From Candidatus Latescibacterota bacterium (GTDB taxonomy: Bacteria; Latescibacterota; UBA2968; GCA-2709665), in NCBI GenBank assembly GCA_965222075.1, contig OZ244937.1:5152001-5216000 (forward strand): 64,000 nucleotides of DNA, read 5' to 3'. Below, piece by piece: positions 39,658 through 49,207 of the stretch (position 1 is its first letter; each line of letters opens with the position of its first letter). The notes beneath the pieces are model-generated. The model ran no database searches, had not been told where the DNA came from, and saw nothing but the letters and a program-made list of their open reading frames with translations. Both the position numbers and the translations under genes were made by a program.

Positions 39658-42624
39658 TCAGAAGCGCAGCCCCACCTGCCCGAAGACGAGGCGGCCCACC
39701 TCCGGGGCGCCGACGAATGACCGATAGGGCCTGTCCAGCACATTGCTCGCATTGACCCGCAGTACCAGATCCTGCTTTAAGGGCAACTGGTAGTTCAGGT
39801 TCAGATCCAGCACGGTATAGGCATCCACCTCGCCCACGTACACCCCCGATTGCATGGGGAAGGAATCGATGTAGCGCACCCTGCCACCTACGGCCAGCCC
39901 CCACCCGGCGAAATCGTAGGTCGCCCCCAGTTTGACCTTGTGCCTGGGTGCATTCAGGGCGATGTCGCTACCCCCCGCGGCCTGGGAGTACTTCAGGTTC
40001 TCGAAGAAATTGTCGTTGACAAAGGAATAGTTCCCCGTGAGCTTCCAATTGTTGTTGGGGTAGTAGGCCAGGCTCAGGTCCAGCCCGCGGATGGTCACAG
40101 CTTCATAATTGCGGTAGCTCATAACCATCGCGTAGGGATCGGAAGCCTGCTCGGGCGAGACCGTGCCATAGGGGATGGCCGCCGCCCCCGCCGTGAAGAT
40201 GCCGGCCAGTTCGTCCACCGGCGAGCCGTTGTTGTTGCCCTGCACCACGCCCGGCACCTGCACCGCGTCCAGCGCCTGCAGGGCAATGGCCAGTCCCGCG
40301 TTGGCCGGGTCGGACAGGGCCTGGCGGATGCCCTTGCTCAGGGCTGCGCCCAGAGTCTGCGGGTCGAGGAAGACATTCGGGGTTTCCACCGACACTGACC
40401 CGACGAAATTCTTGATCCTGGACTGGTACAGATCCGCGGCCACGACCAGTTTGTCGGCCACTACGCCTTTGTAGCCCAGTTCGATCGTCTGGGTAATGGC
40501 CGACTGGATGCGCGGCACGTCATAGACCGTAATGGGGGTGGTGCCGTCCGCCTCCACAAAGAAGAAAGGCTGTTGATGTTCATCAGGCGCTTCACCGAGA
40601 GGCTCCGACTCTATGTTCAATCTGCCCATGACATTGCGCAGGCCGGGCAATTGCTCGGGCACGATGCCGGACAGGACCGCGACCAACCGGCCGGCTGCGG
40701 CCTGGGCTTCTGCGGCCCCCATGCCCTGAGCCGTCAGGGCGCCGGCTGCCATCGCCTGGAAAACGGGTCCAACCTGTGCCAGCACCGTCCCCCGGCCGAT
40801 TCCCCACATCACGTTGGTGAACACCGGGTCGTCCAGAGGCAGGTACTGGTCGGCCGGCAGACCGGCTATTGGGGCAAGGGGCGAGCGGAACAGGGGTCGG
40901 CCCTCCCCGTTCCGCCGGAAGGTGAAGCCGTAGCTGTTGCTCCCGTAGTTTCCCTGGGCCCAGATATCGATTGACTTGAACTTCAGGCCGTGTGCCGCAA
41001 AGAGAGGCGTGAAATGCGGACTCAGCCCAAAGGGATCTCTGTTCGTTTGCAGGTCGAGGTAGAGATTGTTCGTCGTGGGCGTGCTGAACGCCCGGTTGTA
41101 GGTCAGCCGCAGCGTCTGAGTCGCCTGTGGCTTGAATACCAGGGCGGCCCGGGGCGACAGCTCGGGATCCGCGAGGCGGGTGTGGTAGTCGTAGCGCAGG
41201 GCCAGCACCAGGTCCAGCAGGTCGCTCAGGGCGGTTTCGCTCTGCACGTAGCCGCCGAACTCGTTCAGGTCGTCGTCGTCCTCGTTCCTGCCCATGATGG
41301 TGCCTTCGGTATCGGGCCGCGTCAACAGCGCGTCAAAGCCGTAGGTGAAGCGCTGGCGCGTGCCCAGACTGGACGCGTGCTGCGCCTGGAACACCGTCAG
41401 GGCGGACTTGTCGACGACGGGAACGCCCGTGCGCAGCAGGTAGGTACCGCCCGCATCGGTCCAGTTGCGGAAGGCCTGGAAGAACCAGTCGCGGTACAGC
41501 AGCCGCAACTGGGCGTAGTTGTACCGCCAGTCTATGGTCTGCGACGCGCCCACGCCGGTCAACCCGACCAGGTCCGCCTTGTTGTGTCCCACTGACAGAA
41601 TGGTGGTCAAGTCGTCCGAGGCCCGCCAATCCAGACGCGCTTCGAGACCTATGTTCCTGGTGTCGGGATTGCGCGTTTTGAGGGGCGGCAAGTTCGCTCC
41701 CGCATCTATCTCCGCCTGCCTTTGCGCCCGGGCCTTCACCTCCTCCGGGTCGGTGTACTCCCACTCCGTTCCCGTATAGTACCGGGCCGAAACCTTGTAG
41801 CCCAGGCGGTCCCCCGCCACGCCGGCGTGCCGCAACGCGGTCTGGCGCAGGCTGCGTTCTCCCATCCCCACTTGCACGCTTGTGCCCTGCGAGGTAAAGG
41901 GCGAATGGGTGATGACGTGCATGACCCCATCGGCGCTGTTGGGCCCGTACAGGGCCGACCCCGGCCCCAGGACCACCTCGATGCGTTCCACATCGTCGTT
42001 GGTGATCGGAATGAAATTGGGGGCGTTGACCCGTAGCGAGGGCACCCGCGCCAGGCGGTTGTCCGTGAGCATAAGCAGGGTGCCGGTGAATACGCTGTTG
42101 AAACCGCGCACCACCACACTGCTATTCACCATGCCCGTCTTTGCAAAGTCCACCGCCGGCAGATCCTGAATATGGTCGACGACGTTCAGCACCGGATTGT
42201 TGCGGATTTCGCGGTCCTCGACCACGGATACCGAGGCCGGGGCCTCCAAAATCTTTTCCCGCCGGCGGGAGGCGGAGACCACGCTTTGCTCAAGAATAAT
42301 GACCTGCTCCACCAGGATCGCATCCAGCCGGGTGGTCTGGCCGGCCCGCACCTGCACATTTTCCCGTATTTCGGCCTTATAGCCGACAAACGTGATTTCG
42401 ACCTTGTAGTTCCCCGCTGGAACGGCGATGCGGAACCGCCCCTCTGCGTCCGCTGCTGTCCCGGTCCCCTCCGGCAGGGCCGCTCCCTGAACGGCGATAT
42501 TGGCGCCGAGCAGGGCCTCCCCCCTCTCTCCCGTAACCGTACCCTCGATAAAGCTTCCTGACTGGGCCCAGACGCTACTGCATAACAACAGCGCCCATAG
42601 ACTGATCGCTCTAAACGCGGCCAT
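39658..42624 (-). CDS. TonB-dependent receptor with N-terminal carboxypeptidase-regulatory-like domain
   Basis: Signal peptide, VVSASRR, plug motif IEVVLGPGSALYG..GV, C-terminal Phe; GAGGAGG RBS. Confidence 0.92.
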   Translation of the reverse strand: MAAFRAISLWALLLCSSVWAQSGSFIEGTVTGERGEALLGANIAVQGAALPEGTGTAADAEGRFRIAVPAGNYKVEITFVGYKAEIRENVQVRAGQTTRLDAILVEQVIILEQSVVSASRRREKILEAPASVSVVEDREIRNNPVLNVVDHIQDLPAVDFAKTGMVNSSVVVRGFNSVFTGTLLMLTDNRLARVPSLRVNAPNFIPITNDDVERIEVVLGPGSALYGPNSADGVMHVITHSPFTSQGTSVQVGMGERSLRQTALRHAGVAGDRLGYKVSARYYTGTEWEYTDPEEVKARAQRQAEIDAGANLPPLKTRNPDTRNIGLEARLDWRASDDLTTILSVGHNKADLVGLTGVGASQTIDWRYNYAQLRLLYRDWFFQAFRNWTDAGGTYLLRTGVPVVDKSALTVFQAQHASSLGTRQRFTYGFDALLTRPDTEGTIMGRNEDDDDLNEFGGYVQSETALSDLLDLVLALRYDYHTRLADPELSPRAALVFKPQATQTLRLTYNRAFSTPTTNNLYLDLQTNRDPFGLSPHFTPLFAAHGLKFKSIDIWAQGNYGSNSYGFTFRRNGEGRPLFRSPLAPIAGLPADQYLPLDDPVFTNVMWGIGRGTVLAQVGPVFQAMAAGALTAQGMGAAEAQAAAGRLVAVLSGIVPEQLPGLRNVMGRLNIESEPLGEAPDEHQQPFFFVEADGTTPITVYDVPRIQSAITQTIELGYKGVVADKLVVAADLYQSRIKNFVGSVSVETPNVFLDPQTLGAALSKGIRQALSDPANAGLAIALQALDAVQVPGVVQGNNNGSPVDELAGIFTAGAAAIPYGTVSPEQASDPYAMVMSYRNYEAVTIRGLDLSLAYYPNNNWKLTGNYSFVNDNFFENLKYSQAAGGSDIALNAPRHKVKLGATYDFAGWGLAVGGRVRYIDSFPMQSGVYVGEVDAYTVLDLNLNYQLPLKQDLVLRVNASNVLDRPYRSFVGAPEVGRLVFGQVGLRF

Positions 42625-42844
42625 AAAATGCCTCCTCAAACGCTATCCGATTCGGCGGTCGGGAATGGCTTTGTTGCACGAATCAGTAGCAGAAAAGAGT
42701 TGCACGAAAAAGGGCACCAGCCAGCCTGCATCTCCATATCGAGTAAGCTCGCCCGTTGCAAGCCGGTGGACAGTGGCTCCCCGGTTTTGTCCGGGTTCGG
42801 GTTTGCCGGGTCGACCAGGGGCTGCTGACCGCCGGGGTCCGGGT

Positions 42845-44080
42845 CTATAAATTGTAAATCAAGTTCAGTTCGATGAAGCTGTCGCGTCGCGTCGCATAGG
42901 AAAAATCCACTTTGTCGGTGCCGAGAAGGGCGATTGCCTCCAGGCGTAGAGACCACTGGTCGGAGATGCGCCGGTTCAATTCGAAAGTCAGTACACGTGT
43001 CGTCGTGTCAAGGTCTTCCATAATACTGGTGAGAATTTCGGTGCTCTGGACATCGTTGAACGTGAAGCGCGCGGCAAGGAAGAGATCGTTCTGGAAGATA
43101 TTGGTCGCATTCCGGCCCCGCCCATCGTAATTCCATTCGCTGAGCAGGCTGAGGTCGACAGCCGAGCCCAATATGGAATAGAACGTGTATTCGCCGCCAA
43201 AAGCGGAAGCAACGTAATCCTCTTCCCCGCCGAGACGGTTTCGGGCTCCGGAGCGCCGAATAGCCTCAAGCTTGAACAACCAGGAGCCGGCAGTCAGCTG
43301 GGCGTCCAGTCCAAACTGGCGGATCTGCTCATAGTACGGTACCAGGGCCGGCTCGCCATTACGGTCTCCGTCCGGCAACGGAAAAGGATCCCGGCTGGTG
43401 CCATCGAATACGCTCATACCCACATCGAGGGTTCCGAAACTGCGGCTGTAGCGGACGGCGAGGTCCAGATGCCACTGCCTGGCGTCGCTCTCATATGAAA
43501 CCCGCTCATTGTCCACGATGAGCGGGAATCGCAGGCGGCCAGAGCGGCCCGGAAAGGTGCGAGCGCGGTGGCAGGTCAAACCGAATATTTCCGCCGCGCC
43601 CCAATCTCCGGACCATGTGAGATGGGCCATGGGCTGGCCCAGGGTGGGCTCTTTGTACGGGTGCTCGACGAGGTCGATCTGATTGATGATATTGACCAGG
43701 TGGCGCGATTCGGTGACTCCCCAGAACACCCGGTCAACGCCGAGGCGCAGTTCCCATTCACCATTGCCGATTTGGCCGAATAGCATCAGATAGGCTTCAT
43801 GCAGATCGGCATGGGTGCGGCGTGAATCCGCGCCGTCGTAGCGAAAGAACGGGGCCAGGATGAGACTTCTGCCCTGGGCGTCTTCAAGATAGAGTTTTGG
43901 CTCCGCAACAAAACCGCTGCCGTGCGAGCGCTGGCCGGCATGGGCGGCGGATTGGGGATACCATCGGCTTTCGATGCTCACGCGCCCGGAAAAGTCATGT
44001 GTGACGGTCTGGGCAACAACCCCGACGGGAAAGACCGAGGCCAGAATCCAGACGGCGACGAGAGACGCGCTAAGTCGCAT
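42845..44080 (-). CDS. Putative outer-membrane beta-barrel protein associated with MMPL/LolA-like genes
   Basis: Signal peptide, VFWGVTE..HLVNIINQ.D, alternating beta pattern, aromatic near the C-terminus; start overlaps the upstream stop. Confidence 0.7.
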   Translation of the reverse strand: MRLSASLVAVWILASVFPVGVVAQTVTHDFSGRVSIESRWYPQSAAHAGQRSHGSGFVAEPKLYLEDAQGRSLILAPFFRYDGADSRRTHADLHEAYLMLFGQIGNGEWELRLGVDRVFWGVTESRHLVNIINQIDLVEHPYKEPTLGQPMAHLTWSGDWGAAEIFGLTCHRARTFPGRSGRLRFPLIVDNERVSYESDARQWHLDLAVRYSRSFGTLDVGMSVFDGTSRDPFPLPDGDRNGEPALVPYYEQIRQFGLDAQLTAGSWLFKLEAIRRSGARNRLGGEEDYVASAFGGEYTFYSILGSAVDLSLLSEWNYDGRGRNATNIFQNDLFLAARFTFNDVQSTEILTSIMEDLDTTTRVLTFELNRRISDQWSLRLEAIALLGTDKVDFSYATRRDSFIELNLIYNL

Positions 44081-44907
44081 CAACGCGCCCGTTTCAGCCC
44101 GGTTCGCGTGAAGTCGCGGTCGTTGAGCCTGGTTCGGAATTGAAAATCCGTCCAGGTCAGAACGGTGCTTTTTCCGGTGAGATGATTGACCATCGTCATC
44201 TCGCCAGCCTGCCAGTAACGACCCAGATACTGCTCGTAGCTCCCCAGGGTGAGCGTTTTCAGATGCGCGTCTTTGCGGTCGTAGTACTCCACTTTCCAGA
44301 CGCGAAGCTCGTCCTGGTCTTGCCAGACCAGCTGGCGGCGGTAGCCTGATTTCTTGTCCACGGGGACGCGTTCGGAGACCGTGCACGTCAAATCGCCGCA
44401 AGGCTCGTCACGCAGGTACCGGTAGGTGAACTTCTCCACCTCCTGGGCGCCCATGTCTTCATAGGCGAATTCGCTGCCCATAAAGGAGCCGGAACGGTTC
44501 GACGAGCTGATCCGCTTGACCCGTTTCAGAGCGGGCAAATAGAGCCATTGCTCGTCCGCTTTTTCCCTACGGGCGTGGATAAGCAGCGCGGTCCCCTGGA
44601 CATCGCGCGGATTATCGAACACGAACAGGCTCTTGTCGCCGTCTCCGGCGACCTCAAGAACCTTAAGACGGAGCTCACGACGGCTCTCCTGCCCATGTCT
44701 GTTGCGTAATATCATGGTTTGGCGGGCCGTGAAATTGCCAAAACCCTCGGCGCGCGCGCGGGCTTCAAGCGCGATCTTCAGCCCGGTTTCCCCGGGTGTG
44801 GCACTTTCGGAATAAGCGAGTGTTGGCATGCCAGGGCAGGTCGAAATGATTAGACAAAGCGCGAAAAACGGGAACTGGGGTCGTGCGGGGGAACATGCGT
44901 GAATCAT
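44080..44907 (-). CDS. Outer-membrane lipoprotein-sorting (LolA-like) protein
   Basis: P.DVQGTALL, QWLYLPALKRVKRIS, SFMGSEFAYED. Confidence 0.88.
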   Translation of the reverse strand: MIHACSPARPQFPFFALCLIISTCPGMPTLAYSESATPGETGLKIALEARARAEGFGNFTARQTMILRNRHGQESRRELRLKVLEVAGDGDKSLFVFDNPRDVQGTALLIHARREKADEQWLYLPALKRVKRISSSNRSGSFMGSEFAYEDMGAQEVEKFTYRYLRDEPCGDLTCTVSERVPVDKKSGYRRQLVWQDQDELRVWKVEYYDRKDAHLKTLTLGSYEQYLGRYWQAGEMTMVNHLTGKSTVLTWTDFQFRTRLNDRDFTRTGLKRAR

Positions 44908-47207
44908 GAATTTCTCCGGTCAATGGCAATCAGCAGAGTCGGAAGGAGCAAGAAATCGGCTGCAAGTGCGAAGATGATCGTGATGGTGACCAGAAGGCCG
45001 AGCGCCCAACTGACTTCGAATCCGGATGTGGCGAACACCAGAAAGCCCGCTGACAACACTGCGGTCGTAGTCCATAACGCATAGCCCACGGTGCGAAAGG
45101 CGGAGCGCACGGCCTCGGGAGCCGTAAGGCCCTCGCGGCGGGCCTTTAGATATTTGCTCAGAAAATGAATCGTATCGTCCACGACAATTCCGAAGACGAC
45201 GGCGATGACCACCGATGAGGCAATGCCCACGTGGCCGACGAGATAACCCCACAGGCCGAAGCTCATAATTGCGGGGATAAAATTGGGGAGCAGACTGAGG
45301 AGCCCGATCCGAACGCTCTTGAAAATCCAAATCAGGATAAACGAAATGAGCGCCATGGCCAGGATCGTACCGCGCAACATGCTGTTGATATTCCGCAGTG
45401 ACAGGTGGGCAAAGACGATGCTCAGGCCCGATGCTTCGTGCGCAAAAGCGGGCGCATTGGCCTGCAGCCAGGCCTGGGCGCGCTTGTCGAGTTCGCGAAG
45501 ATCTCGCGACCACGCATTCCTGGTTATGACGACCATGCGCGTAGCGGATTTGGCGACATCGATGCGGTCGTTGAGATCGCTGCCGAACGGAAGCGAAAGC
45601 TCGTAGAGCAACAGGTACTGCGCCGCAAGATCCGGGTCTTCAGGCAAGCGATAGAAGGCCGCATCGTCGCCGTGCATGTTTTTGTTGAGACGTTTCATAA
45701 TTTCCGAAAACGCCTGGACATGGGTCACTTCGGGCTGCGCTCGATACCACCCGGCAAAAGCATCGACCTGGCGCAGATAGTCCGGATCGGTAATGCCGCC
45801 TTCGCGTCCTGAATTCAGCGAGTATTCCAGTTTGTCCACGCCGGTCAGGTTGTCAATGATATAATCCGTATCGCGTCGGAACTCGTAGCGATCATCAAAA
45901 TACTGCGCCATGTTGTCGCTTAACTCAATGCGGGGAATCCCGATTATCAGGCAAGCAACCGCCAACGTAAGCGCCCACAGCAGGAATGTACGCCGGGCGA
46001 TAACGAAGTCGGCAAAACGGTCGAAGAAGTCAGTTTTTTGAGAACGGACAACAGACGCGCGCAACGGCAGAATTGAAAGCAATGCCGGCAATAGCGTCAT
46101 GGTGTACACAAGTGCCCACAATACGCCAAACGCCACGTAATTGCCCAGGACGTGAAATGGCGGCGAATCCGAGGCATTCAGGCTCAGAAATCCGATCGCG
46201 GTCGTGACCGACGTGATAAATACCGGATAGGCATTGATGTGAAATGATTCGACAATCGCCGCATTTCTGTCAAGACCCCGCCTCATTCCCAGCAAAACAC
46301 TCGTTACAATGTGGATCGAATCCGCGATGGCGATCACCAGGACGATAATCGGCACGCCGGCGTTGGTGGGGCTGAACACCACGCGGTTCCAGCCGGCGAA
46401 CCCCATGGTGGTATTGATGACAAACGCGAGCACGGCGACGATGGCCAAAGTGCCGAGAATCGAGCGCAGAAGAATAATTGTGGCACCTACGATGATGAGA
46501 AACACAATAGGTGTCAGGGTCTGCATATCGCTCTGTGTGGCATCGGCGAAAGTCCGGTTCATGACGACATCGCCGGTCATGTAATAGTTGATTTCCGGGT
46601 GGCTCGTGCGGGCTTGATTGAGGAGCGAATTTAGATAATCGGTAATTTCGATGACTGCCTGGTCATGATTTTCGGGCAGGATAAAATTAATGACCACTCC
46701 GGCCGTGCGTCCGTCGTGGGAGACCAGACGCCCGGCAATTTCGACGGCGCCCAGCGCGATCTTCTCGATTCGCGCCAAATCGGTATCGCTCAGTGAAGAT
46801 GCGTCATCAACGAGCGGAGCGACAACCAAATCGTCATCGTGTGCTTCGCTATGGGTATAGTTGGTAAGGGAGTTGACCCGGCTGGAATAGGGCGCGCGCC
46901 ACGCGGCTTCGGTCAGTTCCTCAACCGCGCCAAGCGCTTCGCGGGTGAACACGGAGCCATCTCGGGGCGCAATGGCAATCAGTGCCGCATTGGAGGCGGA
47001 ATACGTGTTCTCCAGCGCGTCGAAAGCGAGGAGTTGCGGGTTGTCTTCGCTGAACAGAATGCGGTAATCGTTTGTAACGGTGATAAAGCGAACGCCAGCC
47101 GTCATGGCCAGCATGAACAGCGTTGCGAGCACAACGACCAGCCACCGATGGCGCAGAATATTAACGACGCAGCGATCCAAAAGCACATGAGTCATCGCCG
47201 CTCCCAT
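44904..47207 (-). CDS. MMPL/RND family transporter
   Basis: Two repeats with IAIADSIH and GIVVDDTIHF, TSVTTAIGF, LLPALL. Confidence 0.92.
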   Translation of the reverse strand: MGAAMTHVLLDRCVVNILRHRWLVVVLATLFMLAMTAGVRFITVTNDYRILFSEDNPQLLAFDALENTYSASNAALIAIAPRDGSVFTREALGAVEELTEAAWRAPYSSRVNSLTNYTHSEAHDDDLVVAPLVDDASSLSDTDLARIEKIALGAVEIAGRLVSHDGRTAGVVINFILPENHDQAVIEITDYLNSLLNQARTSHPEINYYMTGDVVMNRTFADATQSDMQTLTPIVFLIIVGATIILLRSILGTLAIVAVLAFVINTTMGFAGWNRVVFSPTNAGVPIIVLVIAIADSIHIVTSVLLGMRRGLDRNAAIVESFHINAYPVFITSVTTAIGFLSLNASDSPPFHVLGNYVAFGVLWALVYTMTLLPALLSILPLRASVVRSQKTDFFDRFADFVIARRTFLLWALTLAVACLIIGIPRIELSDNMAQYFDDRYEFRRDTDYIIDNLTGVDKLEYSLNSGREGGITDPDYLRQVDAFAGWYRAQPEVTHVQAFSEIMKRLNKNMHGDDAAFYRLPEDPDLAAQYLLLYELSLPFGSDLNDRIDVAKSATRMVVITRNAWSRDLRELDKRAQAWLQANAPAFAHEASGLSIVFAHLSLRNINSMLRGTILAMALISFILIWIFKSVRIGLLSLLPNFIPAIMSFGLWGYLVGHVGIASSVVIAVVFGIVVDDTIHFLSKYLKARREGLTAPEAVRSAFRTVGYALWTTTAVLSAGFLVFATSGFEVSWALGLLVTITIIFALAADFLLLPTLLIAIDRRNS

Positions 47208-47355
47208 CCCAGGCCAGGAGCGGCGATGACCTCACCGACTCGAACGCGCGACGCTGTCGACACCGCCAACTGTAGATAACTTCGTTCCATCTATCCGATG
47301 AATCCCTGGCTTCCTGTTAGCGGACGGAGGCGGTCACACCACGGCGCAAGCATCT

Positions 47356-48507
47356 TCACCATTTGATTGATTTTGATGTGTAGACGTGGTTGGGCATCTT
47401 GTAACTCAGTCCGTCGTCGTACACCGAAATCTGGAGAAGCTGAGAGAAGTTATCCGATCTGAGGACCTGTTTGTTCGTGAGCATGCGATGCAAGCGTTGT
47501 TTCATCCGGTAAATCCACAGTGTGCCTAATGTGGAGGTCTTTGGAAACTGGAACTGGTCGGCAAGTCGGTTTCCTATGAGTGCTCGTGAAAGGCGGTAGG
47601 CCATATCTGCCAGTTTTTCACGCTCAACCGGATCGTCTATATCCGCAACTGACGGAATTGAATTTATCAACATATTCGCCACGCCTATCGAATCGGCGTC
47701 CGGCGGCGGCTCGCACATATAGCCGATCTTGTAAATCTTTTCCGCCTCTTGGTTGGTGGTATAGAGGATGGTCTCAGGAATCCCCATGAGATAGCCGGTG
47801 TAGCGCCAAACCTTGATAATGCTCTCTTGTTCTTCCTTGTTGAGGGCCGCGCCCACCAGCAGCGAGTATTCCACCAGGCGCTTTGAAAAGACGGAGATGG
47901 CAAACCCCAGGTGCGCCGCGTTTACCGGCGTGCCCCAGGCTTCGTGATTCCAATCGTCGGATTTCGCCAGCAGGTTCCTTATTCGAGTATGAACGAAGCG
48001 TATTCGTGTGGATAGCTTCCATCCGTCGCCGTATTTTCGCAAGCCGCCGGGGAAAAAGATATCCATCATGTGGCGGTTATTCTGTTGGAGGCGCCTTTTG
48101 GTCGACGCCACCCGCCCGGTAATATTGAAAGACTTGGCGATAAGCGTCGAGAAGCCTTCCACCAGCACCCCCGTAACGAATGCGACGAGCATGAGGTTTA
48201 CGTTTGCGTGGAAGGCGCGAATCCCCGGACGAAAGTCTTCGTAGTTGAGCCATGGAGGTTCTTCAAGGCTTTCGAAGAAATCGCGCAGGGCCTGTGGCGC
48301 ATTGCACAGAACCTCATCGCGCCCCTCTATGCCAGCCCCGATGAACCGGTGCAGGTCGTGAGGAGGCAACGAGGAGACTTCCTCCATCACCGTATCCAGC
48401 ATGGGATCGCCAATGGCGATATGCTTGATGTAGTTGTCGGCCATTGCATGGTCGTGGAGGCGAGCCTTCGCATACCCCTCAACGTACGCCGATGGTGGTT
48501 GTTTCAT
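47356..48507 (-). CDS. Oxygenase MpaB/DUF2236 (Lcp-like heme) family protein
   Basis: GDP.LD, RIRFVH.RIR, WG.PVN, WRY.GYLMGIPE. Confidence 0.82.
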   Translation of the reverse strand: MKQPPSAYVEGYAKARLHDHAMADNYIKHIAIGDPMLDTVMEEVSSLPPHDLHRFIGAGIEGRDEVLCNAPQALRDFFESLEEPPWLNYEDFRPGIRAFHANVNLMLVAFVTGVLVEGFSTLIAKSFNITGRVASTKRRLQQNNRHMMDIFFPGGLRKYGDGWKLSTRIRFVHTRIRNLLAKSDDWNHEAWGTPVNAAHLGFAISVFSKRLVEYSLLVGAALNKEEQESIIKVWRYTGYLMGIPETILYTTNQEAEKIYKIGYMCEPPPDADSIGVANMLINSIPSVADIDDPVEREKLADMAYRLSRALIGNRLADQFQFPKTSTLGTLWIYRMKQRLHRMLTNKQVLRSDNFSQLLQISVYDDGLSYKMPNHVYTSKSIKW

Positions 48508-48661
48508 CCTTCAAGCTCCTTACAGTTTGGCCGACGAGCCCCCCGAATGTACTCAACCACATCCTCGGTCGACATATCGAATCTCAACACCGATTTGGAA
48601 CTTCTCAACAACTGGAAGAACCGGGTAGACCAATGCCAGGCTTGACTTTCCCCATCCAGGT

Positions 48662-48691
48662 ATCCTACACCCCCCCGGCCCTTTGCGTCAA
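48662..48691 (-). promoter_or_regulatory. Possible sigma70 promoter for the DUF2236-MMPL cluster
   Basis: TTGACG-18 bp-TAGGAT on the - strand about 150 bp upstream of the start. Confidence 0.3.
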
Positions 48692-48860
48692 GTTAATCTT
48701 AATACTGGGATGTACAAAATATAAATATAATAGCGAACAGAAATAATGTCAACTTTAAGGGTGTAACTCACAAGGTGTCGTCTATAGAACTATTTAATAA
48801 TCAGGTAGTTGTAATATCCCGGCGAGATAGAAAAGTAACTCTTTGGCTACTTACCGACAT

Positions 48861-48972
48861 AGACAGCTCCGCGGAAGGGTAGCGTTCCGGAGGCGGCAGT
48901 CTCCAGGCTGACCGACGGCAAGGTCTCCTGGCGACGTGGAGCGAGTGCAGGAGGTTCGTCCCCTCTGTCTCC
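48861..48972 (+). ncRNA. Candidate structured RNA with a tRNA-like T-arm; family unknown, strand uncertain
   Basis: Pairings agaca/tgtct, gctccg/tggagc, cggaa/ttccg, cggcagtc/ggctgaccg and gagg-TTCGTCC-cctc in a GC-rich island within an AT-rich intergenic region. Confidence 0.3.
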
Positions 48973-49034
48973 CTCAAATTTCTCCTTGAGAATGCCGCTG
49001 AAAAGATATATATAGATATGAAAGGAGGGTACTG

Positions 49035-49127
49035 ATGGGCGCCAAATCGCACACCGCCAAATGGGGTACCAGCCTGGCCGTCCCTTGTGGGCGCCCCGTC
49101 GTTGGGGGATGTGGTTGGGACTGGTAA
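49035..49127 (+). pseudogene. Truncated AbrB/MazE-type antitoxin N-terminus
   Basis: AAGGAGG RBS, then MGAKSHTAKWGTSLAV (cf. KWGNSLAVRIP), followed by unrelated residues and an early stop. Confidence 0.55.
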
Positions 49128-49159
49128 AAAATAGTGAATAGAGTCCACTTAACCCGTTC

Positions 49160-49201
49160 TATTCACTTATATTTGACAATATGAAGTGAATATATTACAA
49201 T
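49160..49201 (+). promoter_or_regulatory. Sigma70 promoter of the fic gene overlapped by an inverted repeat
   Basis: TTGACA (49173-49178)-17 bp-TACAAT (49196-49201); inverted repeat TATTCACTT (49160-49168)/AAGTGAATA (49184-49192). Confidence 0.75.
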
Positions 49202-49207
49202 AAAGGC

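Noticed and set aside
42720-42845. Possible riboswitch upstream of the TonB receptor (GCCACTG and GGCAAACC on the - strand)
   Set aside because: Only isolated motif words; the rest of the cobalamin or c-di-GMP-I consensus is missing
48915-48933. GCCAGGAGACC on the - strand, resembling a cobalamin riboswitch 3' end
   Set aside because: Upstream core elements (GGGAA, GCCACTG, B12 box) are not present
48872-48972. tRNA-Sec-like start (GGAAG...CCGG.AGGCGG)
   Set aside because: No UCA anticodon in a 7-nt loop, no matching acceptor stem and no CCA end
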